Source of the DNA: Candidatus Woesearchaeota archaeon | GTDB lineage: Archaea; Nanobdellota; Nanobdellia; SCGC-AAA011-G17; JACPIM01 | Assembly (NCBI GenBank): GCA_964513145.1 | Contig: CAZELK010000005.1 | Coordinates: forward strand, 21,488 to 85,487 | Direction of reading: 5' to 3' | DNA: 64,000 nt | Part shown: piece by piece, positions 49,942 through 60,067 of the stretch | Layout of the letters: the number at the start of each line of letters is the position of its first letter | Numbering within the stretch: position 1 is the first letter of the stretch | Position numbers and translations under genes: made by a program | The notes under the pieces: model-generated | Seen by the model: only the letters and a program-made list of their open reading frames with translations | Told to the model about the DNA's origin: nothing | Database searches by the model: none

Positions 49942-50349
49942 ATGAATCAAGTAGATGACAGAACTATGCTGGATAAATTTTGCATAGATTTTTGTAAAAT
50001 TGTTGAAAATTATACCAAATACATAATTGTTTCCGGTTTTGTAGCTATAGCTTCTGGAAGAGTAAGGGGAACTGAAGATATTGGTATGATAATTGAAAGA
50101 ATAAATGAAGAAGATAAGAAGAATAAAGCTATGAGAGATAAAACACATATGGAATTTGTTGAAAAATGGGCAAATTATGTCAAGAATAATTCTGATTGGA
50201 AAAAAATACATACTGAATTTATTGATTCTCAATTTAGAATGCATGAGAATTTTATAAAAAGATTACTTAAAGAAAAAAATGGAAAAGAGAAAATAATAAA
50301 ATTATATAAAATAAAAAATGTTGATGGGTATAAAGAATTGTTGAAATAA
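49942..50349 (+). pseudogene. Truncated nucleotidyltransferase N-terminus running into a second small ORF (MRDKTH..., from 50131)
   Basis: YIIVSGFVAIASGRVRGTEDI NTase start ends after ~55 aa; an unrelated helical segment follows. Confidence 0.5.
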
Positions 50350-50384
50350 AAACATTTTAATAATAATCAGTACTTAAAGAAAGT

Positions 50385-50936
50385 ATGAATAAATGGTTAA
50401 AAGAGCTGGAAGTTATTATTGACAAGATTATTCCTTATTTAGTTTTAATTCTGCTTGCTATAATTATCATAGATTTATTTTATACACATACTGCAGAAAA
50501 GTATAAGTTTCAAATTGGCTTGATTGATGGATTTATTATTTTGGCTTTTATTATTGATTTAGGATTTAAATATAACAGAGTAAGAAACATACCAAATTTT
50601 GTCAAAAAATACTGGCTTGAAATTTTGGCAGTTTTTCCTTTTTATTTAATTTTCAGGCTGCTTGAAACTACTGTTGGCTTCTTGGAATTAAGCGGCTTTA
50701 TAAAACAAGGACAAAACATATTTCATAGCGGAATTGAAGTTGAAAAAGAAGTTTCTTTAATAGGCAGAGAAGCTGGAGAGCTTGAAAAAATTGGATCGAA
50801 AGCAGAAGGTTTTTCAAGAATTTTCCGAAATATGGGCAGAACTTTTAGGGCAATAACTTCTGAAGAGAAAGAATTAGAAAATATCAAGAAATATTACAAG
50901 AAGAAAAACAACAGAAAGAAAAATCATAAAAAATAA
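50385..50936 (+). CDS. Membrane protein resembling an ion-channel voltage-sensor-like domain without pore
   Basis: TM1-TM2 IDGFIILAFIIDL and KKYWLEILAVFPFYLIFRLL; no pore signature. Confidence 0.5.
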   Translation: MNKWLKELEVIIDKIIPYLVLILLAIIIIDLFYTHTAEKYKFQIGLIDGFIILAFIIDLGFKYNRVRNIPNFVKKYWLEILAVFPFYLIFRLLETTVGFLELSGFIKQGQNIFHSGIEVEKEVSLIGREAGELEKIGSKAEGFSRIFRNMGRTFRAITSEEKELENIKKYYKKKNNRKKNHKK

Positions 50937-51335
50937 TATATTTTCTATAAGTCCGCCAGTTCTAATAAAACCTTTAATTCTTTTATTGTAAAATGGTGCA
51001 AATAAAGCTATACCATCTATTGTCAGCATGTCTAAAAATAAATGCGAAGACATTCCAATAAAAACAGCCTGGCCAATTTCTTTTAATTCAAATATATAAT
51101 CAAATATAAAATAGATTAAACCTGGCAAGATTAAAGAGTGAAAAAATCCCCTATGAGAAAATATTTTATTTGACAAAAAAGAAATTAATTTTAATTTGCT
51201 GCCTATTTTGCTTGTTTGAATATCTATATCTGGAAGAAATGAAGACAATACTAGAATTATCATCAAATAAAAATTAAAATAACTATTTAATAATAAAGCA
51301 AGGAAGATTGCAAATGACAAATGAGTTTTGTATAA
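50874..51335 (-). CDS. Membrane metal-dependent hydrolase (YdjM-like); original start codon missing
   Basis: LYKTH, FLPDID, HRGFFHSL and SHLFLD; preceded in frame by the TAG of the HEPN gene. Confidence 0.7.
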   Translation of the reverse strand, partial: LYKTHLSFAIFLALLLNSYFNFYLMIILVLSSFLPDIDIQTSKIGSKLKLISFLSNKIFSHRGFFHSLILPGLIYFIFDYIFELKEIGQAVFIGMSSHLFLDMLTIDGIALFAPFYNKRIKGFIRTGGLIENILFFMIFLSVVFLLVIFLDIF

Positions 51336-51767
51336 CTATTTTATCAGCTCCAGTAATCTTTTGTTTATTTCCGGTAAAAATTCTTTTGCAAATTCTAAAG
51401 CTTCGAGACATTTTTGTAATGATATGGTTTCTGCTTTGTAAATTGAATTATTCCTTAAAATCCTATAGTTATCTAAAATATTTATTTTGTCTAATGATAA
51501 CAATTTTTCTTCATTAAGAAATGATATTAAAGCTTCATGCGAATATGGTTTATATCCCTTTAATTCCATTAAGGATTGGGAAGCTTCTCTTAAGCATTCA
51601 TAAATATCTTCAAATGTAATTGATGACTCTGATTCTTCAATATTTAATTTGTTTATTCTTTTTAATCTTAATTCTGATTTTTCAAACAATGACTTAGCGA
51701 TACTTGCATTTGGAATTGATTTTCTTACTAAGTTTTCATTTATAAAAAATTGAAATTGCTTTATCAT
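51336..51767 (-). CDS. HEPN-domain toxin-like protein
   Basis: YECLREASQSLM...GYKPYSHEALI...DNYRILRNNSIY. Confidence 0.8.
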   Translation of the reverse strand: MIKQFQFFINENLVRKSIPNASIAKSLFEKSELRLKRINKLNIEESESSITFEDIYECLREASQSLMELKGYKPYSHEALISFLNEEKLLSLDKINILDNYRILRNNSIYKAETISLQKCLEALEFAKEFLPEINKRLLELIK

Positions 51768-51889
51768 GAACTGTGAAATTTTATTACCATATATAATTAT
51801 TTATTTTAACTGCAAAGTAGATCAGCATTATTTCCGCAATAATTCCGGACTTTTTGAAATATATTTATTTTTGTTGAAAAAAATTTCCG

Positions 51890-52411
51890 TCAAATATATT
51901 CGATAAATCCTTCCAATATTATTCCATTGGCCAGAGAATTCTTAAATTCTTTTGATACTTTATTTAAATCTATTATATGGATATTTATTTTTCTTGCTAA
52001 TTTAAATTCAAATTTCTTTAAATCAACTTCTTTATTCTTTGCGATTATTGCTATATCTATATCGCTTTTCTCTGAATCTGTTCCGTTAGAATAACTTCCG
52101 AATAAAATTATTGCTTTCGGCATTTCATAAATTGACTTTAAATAATCTAATAATCCAGAATCCCTTAAAGAATAAACATTATATAGTCTTTTTACAAATA
52201 AAAAATTTCCTTCAAAATCTGGCTTAATTTCTTCTATTATTTTTGTTTTTTTAGAAACTAATAATCTTTCTTTTTTTAATTTTTTTAATATTTTGCTAAT
52301 TCCTGTTGTTGATAAACCTGTTAATCTTGATAATTCCCTTATATGAAATATTTTAAATGGGTATTTAAAAAATAATTCCATTATTTTTAAGCTGTTATCT
52401 TTAGTTATCAT
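51890..52411 (-). CDS. HTH plus minimal nucleotidyltransferase (MNT)
   Basis: FHIRELSRLTGLS; LFGSYSNGTDSEKSDIDIAI. Confidence 0.88.
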   Translation of the reverse strand: MITKDNSLKIMELFFKYPFKIFHIRELSRLTGLSTTGISKILKKLKKERLLVSKKTKIIEEIKPDFEGNFLFVKRLYNVYSLRDSGLLDYLKSIYEMPKAIILFGSYSNGTDSEKSDIDIAIIAKNKEVDLKKFEFKLARKINIHIIDLNKVSKEFKNSLANGIILEGFIEYI

Positions 52412-52450
52412 ATGTAAACTTTAGTTATCAACTGTTATATAAAGTTATCG
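52391..52450. promoter_or_regulatory. Six helically phased GTTATC-type repeats across the MNT start codon
   Basis: gctGTTATCt, ttaGTTATCa, tatGTAAACt, ttaGTTATCa, actGTTATAt, aaaGTTATCg at 10-bp spacing. Confidence 0.6.
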
Positions 52451-52727
52451 ATAAAATTAAGATTGATTTATAAATGTTTTCTTCGTTATTACTTATAAGT
52501 TACTAAAAATAGAAAGCTTTAAATAGTTCTTTTTAATGAATTTTTACTCTATGAGTAAAATTTATGGATTAGAATGTAGAAAGCAAAAATATCAGAAGAT
52601 GTATGGCCTATTTCAAGGGGCGGAAGAAACTTTATATTTTCAAAAGATATGATTAAGAAAATTGCCCCTTTTTGCTTCTAAGAAATCTAAAAATTAATAA
52701 TTAAATGAATCTTAGTTTTTAAATAAT

Positions 52728-53708
52728 ATGAAAGAAAATAAATTATCGGGAAAGTATATCGTATTTTCTGATGTTCAGGGAAGTTTTAGCTACTTAGAAA
52801 GATTTTTTGAAGCAACTAAAAAAATGAGGAAAAAGGGATTTATTTGTTTAGGTGATATTGTTGATAGACTTGATGAATTTTCTGATAATAGGTGCATTGA
52901 AGTTATTAAAGAAAATGTTGAACATTGTGTTAAAGGAAATCATGAAGACAAATTATCTGATGATTCAAAAATATCTCTAGAAAATTTAAGTTATATAAAA
53001 AAACTGCCTGAATTTAAAGATTTAAGAAATGTATTATTATTTCATTCCAGTGTTTCACAACATAACCAACGTTTAATAGAAGAAACACAAATACAAAGAG
53101 AATTAGAATTTATATCTCAAAATTTTCCTTTGACAAGATTTGCTTTTTTTGGCCATACTCATAAAAAAGGAATTTATAATCTTAAAGATAATAAAGCTTG
53201 TTCTTTAGATAAAAATAAAGTAAAACTAAACTTAGAAGAATTAAATCTAATCAATCCTGGAGCAATAGGAGTCAGATACGGATTAGAAAAGACTTTTGCA
53301 AGAGTAAATTTTGATAATGGCAATTTAGATTTTTTCTTATTAGAAGAAGCTGAAGATTTAGCTTTTAAAACTAATATTGTAGATGCGTTTGACAGCAGAT
53401 GGATGCCTTCTCTTAATGAAGATTCATATAATTGGTTTTTACAATATTCTAAAGCCGATATACCCATAATAGAAGGAAACATTAAAAATGATGATTTATT
53501 CAGAGTAGTTTCCACATTAAAATCTTTCGATGTTTCTACATTAGAAAGAATTGGCTCATCAAAAAAGAAAAAATATCTAGAAATGTATAGCTATAATTTA
53601 GCCCAGGCAATTAAAGAAATAAGAGATAAAATAGATGAATTTTACCAAACAAAAGACCCAATAGAATCAAGAGATGAATTTTTAAAATTAAAAAGAAAAA
53701 AATATTAA
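52728..53708 (+). CDS. Metallophosphoesterase with extra C-terminal helical domain
   Basis: SDVQG, LGD, KGNHE, FHS, FGHTH and INPG. Confidence 0.8.
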   Translation: MKENKLSGKYIVFSDVQGSFSYLERFFEATKKMRKKGFICLGDIVDRLDEFSDNRCIEVIKENVEHCVKGNHEDKLSDDSKISLENLSYIKKLPEFKDLRNVLLFHSSVSQHNQRLIEETQIQRELEFISQNFPLTRFAFFGHTHKKGIYNLKDNKACSLDKNKVKLNLEELNLINPGAIGVRYGLEKTFARVNFDNGNLDFFLLEEAEDLAFKTNIVDAFDSRWMPSLNEDSYNWFLQYSKADIPIIEGNIKNDDLFRVVSTLKSFDVSTLERIGSSKKKKYLEMYSYNLAQAIKEIRDKIDEFYQTKDPIESRDEFLKLKRKKY

Positions 53709-54520
53709 GCTACCTTCTTACCAGAGTATAATTTCTTAAAATCCTCTTCTTCAAGATTTTTCAGTTTTTCTGATAAAAGCTTTTGGTCAATATGAGTAAG
53801 CAATTCAATAATCATATCTTCTTCTACGTGCAGACTTGGTTTTCTATTACACCTTTGCTGTTCTTTTGTAATCCATGAATCTTGTTGAATTCCAATTATT
53901 TTTTTCAAATCTTTATCATATTGAAGTTCAAAACCAGCACATTGAGTTAATAGTTCACAGGATTTGTCCGAATTTCCTTCGTATAAAGCATCAGCTTTTT
54001 TATTTGTCTTTTCTTTATCAATCATATCTAAAAATTTATTTTCAATAAATTTAGTTAAGGTAGCAGCCGCATGTCTATGATGAGTGTTGATTGCTTCTGT
54101 TAAAAAAGCAACATTATAATTTCCATCAGAAGCCATATATACAATAGCTTTTGCTCCCATAATCTGTTCTTTTTTATATTTATGACTTAATTGTGTTTGA
54201 AAAATTTCATCTAGATTTCTTTCATTTATTTTTGAATATAAATTGCTTTTTGAAGTCTTTGATTTATCTATTGGATTAATACCAACAACTTCACAAATTT
54301 TATCTTCTAAATTTTCACTTGCTAAAAATAAGATTAAACTACTAAGAATAAACAATATTCCAATATTAATTAAATTAGAAAATAAAGTAATACCAATAAA
54401 ATTACCAGTTATATTTCCCTCTGATCCATTTAATAGAAAAATTCCTACTAAAAACAAGACTCCAGATATAGAGTTTATTAAATAAGTTATTACTTTTTTA
54501 TTTAAAACTCTCTTTTTCAT
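53705..54520 (-). CDS. Two-TM protein with unknown C-terminal domain
   Basis: TM-NITGNFI-TM N-terminus; soluble domain with THHRH. Confidence 0.6.
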   Translation of the reverse strand: MKKRVLNKKVITYLINSISGVLFLVGIFLLNGSEGNITGNFIGITLFSNLINIGILFILSSLILFLASENLEDKICEVVGINPIDKSKTSKSNLYSKINERNLDEIFQTQLSHKYKKEQIMGAKAIVYMASDGNYNVAFLTEAINTHHRHAAATLTKFIENKFLDMIDKEKTNKKADALYEGNSDKSCELLTQCAGFELQYDKDLKKIIGIQQDSWITKEQQRCNRKPSLHVEEDMIIELLTHIDQKLLSEKLKNLEEEDFKKLYSGKKVA

Positions 54521-54855
54521 AATTCTTAGTTATTATAATAACATATTTTTTCTAATCTGCAATTCTTTTTATAAATTCTTTGTAATCATTTATAAGTTTA
54601 GCTTGTAACTCATTTACAATATCATATTTGGAACGATTTGTCAAGCACTATTCCTTTATCTATACAATATATCCAAGAGATTTACAAATTTTGATAATAT
54701 TTGACTAAAAGCTTCGTTTACTTCTTCAGGATGAGATTTTATAATATCATAAATTCTGGTTTTAAAATTTGTTTCAATTTAGCCAGTAAGCTCATAAAAA
54801 TAGAATATATTAATAGTTTATTAATTTTTACTTAAATAGTATTTATTAATTCCTA

Positions 54856-55854
54856 TTAGTTTATCTGCATTTCCTCTACCAAATTCTGCTGATTTGAATT
54901 CAATATTCTCTGCACTGTAAATTCCTTTCTTTCGAATAATTCATTTTTAGTTACCTTGCCTATTAAAGTCAGTTGTTTTCCCATGATTTTATTCTTTATT
55001 TCTTCAATTTTTTCCGGATATTGCCTTAATTCATATAATTGTTCTGTTTTTAAGTCCAGTATTTCTTCAGCATTATTTCTAAAGGCAACTGCCCTTATAC
55101 TTTCTGTTCCATCGTCAAAGAAGAAATTTACTATAGGAACTAATTTTTCTGTAATTGTGCCGTGAACATCGCATTGAAACTTTCCGTCATAAAGCCTTGC
55201 TTTTTTATTGCAGTCCGGGCATGCTTCATAAAATCTTGGCTCAAATAATTGTGTTATTGTGCCAAATATGCCTACATTCAAATCTGTATCCTGCAGATCT
55301 TTAATCTGTTTTTTGATGAATTCCTGGAAATTATTATTTTGAGTTACATTTACTGTTTCATTTTCTGGATTAATTGTTATTTGAGACCTGTTACCTAAAT
55401 GGAATTCCTTAAACCCGTTATTTTCCTTTACATAACCATTTTTAATTTTTAAAATTGAACCTTCTTTTAAATTATTATCTTCAATTAACTTTATTTGATT
55501 AGTGTCCCACATAACTAATTTTGTTATGCCTGTTTCATCACCGACTAATAAATTGGCAACTTTTCCCTGCCTCTTTTCTGTCTTAAATTCACGAACACTG
55601 AATATTTTTACAACTTTACATAATAAATTTACAGAATTCATTCCAGCCATTAGCTTGTCTATTGTCAGCTTGCCTACTGGCTCAAATATTTTTACGCCTA
55701 ATTCGTGGGCAACTATATGGGCTGCGCCTTCCTTTGTTATTAGGTCTGATAATTTGGTTAATTTATCTTTAACTTTTGACTCTATTTCACTTTCAGAAAG
55801 ATTTGTCCCTTCTTTTATTCTCTTTATTATATCTGGATATGAAAGACCAAACAT
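54856..55854 (-). CDS. rpa: Replication protein A (OB folds plus Zn finger)
   Basis: LVGDETG.. LVMWD, ILKIKNGYVKE and ACPDC...CDVH. Confidence 0.85.
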   Translation of the reverse strand: MFGLSYPDIIKRIKEGTNLSESEIESKVKDKLTKLSDLITKEGAAHIVAHELGVKIFEPVGKLTIDKLMAGMNSVNLLCKVVKIFSVREFKTEKRQGKVANLLVGDETGITKLVMWDTNQIKLIEDNNLKEGSILKIKNGYVKENNGFKEFHLGNRSQITINPENETVNVTQNNNFQEFIKKQIKDLQDTDLNVGIFGTITQLFEPRFYEACPDCNKKARLYDGKFQCDVHGTITEKLVPIVNFFFDDGTESIRAVAFRNNAEEILDLKTEQLYELRQYPEKIEEIKNKIMGKQLTLIGKVTKNELFERKEFTVQRILNSNQQNLVEEMQIN

Positions 55855-55885
55855 AATGATACTAAAATTAAGTGATATTAAAACA

Positions 55886-56680
55886 TTACGGTTCTATAAT
55901 AGTTGGCTTGAATAATTTTCTTAATTTAAACTTTATTACTGGCTGCAGTTCATCAGGGTATTTAAAAGACTTATCCGGATTATTAAAATAAAACTCCTTG
56001 TTTTTATATTCAAAATATAAAAATTCATCTTTAGAGCCTTTATCTAAACATATTAAACCTGGTTCTAATTCGTCTATTGCCATGCTTCTCTGATCTTTAT
56101 CAGGACAAGTCAAAAATTTGTCTTCTTTTGAATATTTAACGAATAAATCTTCATATTTATTTATATCATAATCTACTTCTTTTGAAAATTTATGGTCTGT
56201 ATAGTGTTCAATATTATTTTTAGAAAATTTTAAATTTGAATTAAATGTTATTTTCAATTTATTATTTTCAGATATTACATTTATGGAATACAGATTTAGG
56301 TTTTGACTTTTTATATAATCATTAAAATAATTAGAGAGATAATATTTAAAATTTTCAATTATTTTTTCTTTGTTTAAATAACAATTTTTGGTATTTTCTG
56401 TCCAAGACTTGCATTTTGCCAGTTGTGCTTTGTTGTATCCTGAGTTTTGTCCTAATTCATTTAAAGATTTGTAAATATGATAAAAACTAGCTTGCTCAAT
56501 AAAATCTAATTTAAGTGTGATGTCTTCATTTATATCAATTAAATCTGCAGCTGGCTTACTTATTTTAATATTTGTACTTTCGCTAGTACTAATATTATAA
56601 AATGCAGCAGATAGAATTATAATTACAAAGAATACCAAAACAGGTTCATACATTATTGCTTTTTTTCCTATTTTGTGCAT
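55886..56680 (-). CDS. Class III signal-peptide (pilin-like) protein
   Basis: MHKIGKKA|IMYEP followed by a hydrophobic helix. Confidence 0.6.
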   Translation of the reverse strand: MHKIGKKAIMYEPVLVFFVIIILSAAFYNISTSESTNIKISKPAADLIDINEDITLKLDFIEQASFYHIYKSLNELGQNSGYNKAQLAKCKSWTENTKNCYLNKEKIIENFKYYLSNYFNDYIKSQNLNLYSINVISENNKLKITFNSNLKFSKNNIEHYTDHKFSKEVDYDINKYEDLFVKYSKEDKFLTCPDKDQRSMAIDELEPGLICLDKGSKDEFLYFEYKNKEFYFNNPDKSFKYPDELQPVIKFKLRKLFKPTIIEP

Positions 56681-57510
56681 AAATAATCTCCCCTGCATTC
56701 AATTAATTTATTTATTGAAATTCCTTTAGAACAGTCTGTATTAACTGAATTACACCATTCACCATCTTCATTAATTATCCATAAATCTTTTGTTTGTGAA
56801 AGAAGAACTTCTCCTGCAGAGCTTAATTTTCCAATACTGTCTACAAAAGTGTTTTCATTTGTTATTTGCGCAACTTTACTTAATGGGGTTGGAATTCTTC
56901 CTATTTCATCTATGTTTTTATCATATAATTTTAAGTTCCTTTCATAACGTGAGTTACTCTGTTCTTTTTTATGCTGGCTAATATCCAAACACGCAATGTC
57001 TGTGCTTGATAGTGCCGGGAGACTTAACGATAAAATTGTGCCGGGGTTTATACTTTTAATGCCTGCTAGAGTTATTTCGGAGCTTGTGATTGTTATTATC
57101 GGCTGATAATTTCCTTTTTTAATATTATTACAATCATTAGTGCCATATAAACAATACAGATTTAGGTATGACCTTTCTGGCAACAAAGATAAAGAAATTC
57201 TTTGTATATAAGTTAGTAGATTTTTATTTTTATTATGACAATATAAAGCAATTAATTCTTGCAAAGAAGTTTCATTTTTATCTACTCTTACTTTTGTATA
57301 CAAATAATAATTAGCTGTTTCATACAAATCTATATTTGATGATTCTAAAATAGATTCTTTTTCTTTGAAAACATCAAAAATATTAGTAGCTTCTTTATCA
57401 GCTGACAACAAAAGAAACAAGAATGAGAATAAAATTGCAATTACAGCCAATGAAATAATTGAGTAAACATAGACAAGAGTATTGCCTGCAAGAAACGCTT
57501 TCTTATCCAT
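56668..57510 (-). CDS. Class III signal-peptide (pilin-like) protein
   Basis: MDKKA|FLAGN followed by a hydrophobic helix; Cys-containing. Confidence 0.6.
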   Translation of the reverse strand: MDKKAFLAGNTLVYVYSIISLAVIAILFSFLFLLLSADKEATNIFDVFKEKESILESSNIDLYETANYYLYTKVRVDKNETSLQELIALYCHNKNKNLLTYIQRISLSLLPERSYLNLYCLYGTNDCNNIKKGNYQPIITITSSEITLAGIKSINPGTILSLSLPALSSTDIACLDISQHKKEQSNSRYERNLKLYDKNIDEIGRIPTPLSKVAQITNENTFVDSIGKLSSAGEVLLSQTKDLWIINEDGEWCNSVNTDCSKGISINKLIECRGDYLCTK

Positions 57511-57931
57511 TATGCAACACCAGACCAATCTTAACTTTTTTTATTTCATCATTTATTTTTAGAAAAGATTCCTGACTTGGACATGTAATAGTATTACTTG
57601 CGGAAATACATAATTCTTTTTCATATTTATTTTTATTTATATAAAAAGAGTCTTCATCTACCTCTATTAAAGCAGCAATATTTTGCTTGGTAAAACAACT
57701 ATTTAATTTAGCCTCATTTAAACCTTCTTTTTCTATGCAATTTTTTAATTCAAAAAAAGTTAAATCTACTGTTTCTTCTTCCAATGATTTTAAAAGTTCT
57801 AATTTCTCCTGAGAAAAACAACTTATTGGGGTGGTTACAACAATTATAAAAACAATCATAAACAATATTCTTGGCAGCCAGAAAATATTCTCCGATGTTG
57901 TGTCTAGAACTGAGCCTTTTTTATTTATCAT
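57503..57931 (-). CDS. Class III signal-peptide (pilin-like) protein
   Basis: MINKKG|SVLDT followed by a hydrophobic helix. Confidence 0.6.
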   Translation of the reverse strand: MINKKGSVLDTTSENIFWLPRILFMIVFIIVVTTPISCFSQEKLELLKSLEEETVDLTFFELKNCIEKEGLNEAKLNSCFTKQNIAALIEVDEDSFYINKNKYEKELCISASNTITCPSQESFLKINDEIKKVKIGLVLHNG

Positions 57932-58283
57932 TTTTCTCCAAAATCAATAAATCATCTTTTCTTTCAAATTTAATTTCAGAATTTTTACTTTTTGCGTATT
58001 TTGATTTAATTATTATATCTTCATCAATTACATAAACAAAGTTATCATCTAATCTGAATTGGAAATTCTCTTTTAGTTCATAATTAACTATTATTTTATT
58101 ACCATTTACTGACTGCATAATTCCTATTGTGTTGGCTATGTCCTGTGAATACAGCTTTGCCTGAAAAGAAGTGTCTTTTGTATTTGAATAGACAAAATAA
58201 AGAACAGCCAGACCTATTAAAATTGCGAATGAAATATAAGCTATTTCAAACATTAATATTTGTGTATCGCCTTTTTTGTCCAT
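57921..58283 (-). CDS. Class III signal-peptide (pilin-like) protein
   Basis: MDKKG|DTQIL followed by a hydrophobic helix. Confidence 0.6.
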   Translation of the reverse strand: MDKKGDTQILMFEIAYISFAILIGLAVLYFVYSNTKDTSFQAKLYSQDIANTIGIMQSVNGNKIIVNYELKENFQFRLDDNFVYVIDEDIIIKSKYAKSKNSEIKFERKDDLLILEKNDK

Positions 58284-58289
58284 AGTATT

Positions 58290-58931
58290 TTATTTATATC
58301 TGTTTAAACATAATATATTAAGTTCCAGATTTTCTAACTTTATCTCCATGGCTGCTGTAAATTGCTTAGCATTGTTTTGATAATAGTCAGTAATTAAACC
58401 CCTATCTTTTAATTCAATACATTCCCCCTGCTTAATTAAAATCGGGGTTTTTATGGAATAAGTCTCGTCTAAAATAAAACAATTAGCAGTTTTATCTATA
58501 CACTTAAATTCTTTATCTGAATCTGTTTCTATTATTTGTGTTTCTGTTAATTTACATTTACATATGCATGCTTCATTATTTTTGCAATTATCTGGTTTTT
58601 CTATTAAATTAAATTGCACTTTTTTATTATTTGAGGGATTAATATAAGTTACATCTTCTTTGAATTTAAGATCTGAATTTAAAGCAAAAATTATCTCATC
58701 ATAATTAATATTCAGATTGAATATTTTTTCTTCATTTGTTTTTATTACATTATTTACTTGCTTTACAAAAATAAAATAATCACCGCTATCAGAAACTTCT
58801 TTATTTTTTGCAGTTCCCAATATTGCCTGAGAAAGTTTATTTAAACCACCAAATAAAGCCAGAACAATTAAAGAAGCTAAAGCGAGACCAACAATGGCTT
58901 TTACTAATTCTTCAGACCCTCTTTTATTCAT
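58290..58931 (-). CDS. Class III signal-peptide (pilin-like) protein
   Basis: MNKRG|SEELV followed by a hydrophobic helix; Cys cluster. Confidence 0.6.
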   Translation of the reverse strand: MNKRGSEELVKAIVGLALASLIVLALFGGLNKLSQAILGTAKNKEVSDSGDYFIFVKQVNNVIKTNEEKIFNLNINYDEIIFALNSDLKFKEDVTYINPSNNKKVQFNLIEKPDNCKNNEACICKCKLTETQIIETDSDKEFKCIDKTANCFILDETYSIKTPILIKQGECIELKDRGLITDYYQNNAKQFTAAMEIKLENLELNILCLNRYK

Positions 58932-58973
58932 CAGTTAATTAAAATAAAAAGAATATATAAGGTTTATTAAAAA

Positions 58974-59414
58974 TTATTGAGTTTCAGTTTCATCTGTACC
59001 GAGATCAGCATCTAGGTTGAGACATATACCTTTTAACTGTTTTCCATCATCTAATTGACATGGCACTTGCAATGTTTCGTAACAATAATATCTTTTTAAT
59101 TTTCCGTCACTCTCTTTATCAACTTCCCCATCTCTTGGATCATAGTCTATATTGAAAGAAGACTTACAATAAGATGACTGCCTTCTTATGGTATTGGATG
59201 GCAAAAGTCGTGCTTGATCACAATATTGTTCGCATGTTTGTACAGCAATAGCCAAATCTGTTCCACCAGTTACTGGATAGAAAACATTTACAATAGTATC
59301 CTTAATTCTTCCAAACCCACCTAAGAAAAATGTAACAACTACGATTAAAACTAAAACAACTAATATAGCGATAATAATTGTATTTAAGGATAAAGATTGT
59401 GCTTTTTTGTTCAT
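58974..59414 (-). CDS. Class III signal-peptide (pilin-like) protein
   Basis: MNKKA|QSLSLNTIIIAILVVLVL; CEQYC...YC. Confidence 0.7.
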   Translation of the reverse strand: MNKKAQSLSLNTIIIAILVVLVLIVVVTFFLGGFGRIKDTIVNVFYPVTGGTDLAIAVQTCEQYCDQARLLPSNTIRRQSSYCKSSFNIDYDPRDGEVDKESDGKLKRYYCYETLQVPCQLDDGKQLKGICLNLDADLGTDETETQ

Positions 59415-59474
59415 TAATTATGACCTCTTTTTAATTTTTAAGACATTATTCATATTTAAAGGTTTTTGTTAATT

Positions 59475-60047
59475 TTATTGACAAAGTAATTGGGTAAAAT
59501 CATCACTTTCTACTTGTGATTTAAATATACATTTATCTGTTTTAATTTGACCCCTACTAAATTGTACACTCTCAAAATCACAGGGGTTAAAATTGCATAT
59601 TATTTCATCTTCTTCTTCTATTGTCCTTGTTAAAACTGTGTTTCCTTGCGAGTCATTTGGACTTAAAAAAATTTTTAAATAGCCATGGCATTTACCATAG
59701 TCATTACCAAAATAACTTTTTTTAACAATACATGAATAACAACCAACTTGATTATCTATTTTACCCCAAAAACATCCAGTTTTTTCTTTATCAACACCCA
59801 TGCAGTCTTTTGGATTTTGCGGTAAAGAGTCACATTTTTCTTTTTCTTCCAATAACTGGGATTTCTTACCTAAAATTGTTAAATCTAGAAAGCTACTATC
59901 AGTTACTTTATCCTGAACATTTTTTAATTGTGAAAAACCTTTGCCAGAAAATGTATTCCAAGCCATGAGCAAGGCTACTCCGACTAATATAATTATAAGA
60001 AAAGCAACAAGGGTTTCCATGTCAAAACCCACACCTTTTTTGTTCAT
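59475..60047 (-). CDS. Class III signal-peptide (pilin-like) Cys-rich protein
   Basis: MNKKG|VGFDMETL followed by a hydrophobic helix; Cys-rich. Confidence 0.65.
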   Translation of the reverse strand: MNKKGVGFDMETLVAFLIIILVGVALLMAWNTFSGKGFSQLKNVQDKVTDSSFLDLTILGKKSQLLEEKEKCDSLPQNPKDCMGVDKEKTGCFWGKIDNQVGCYSCIVKKSYFGNDYGKCHGYLKIFLSPNDSQGNTVLTRTIEEEDEIICNFNPCDFESVQFSRGQIKTDKCIFKSQVESDDFTQLLCQ

Positions 60048-60067
60048 ATAATTATCACTTCAATACT

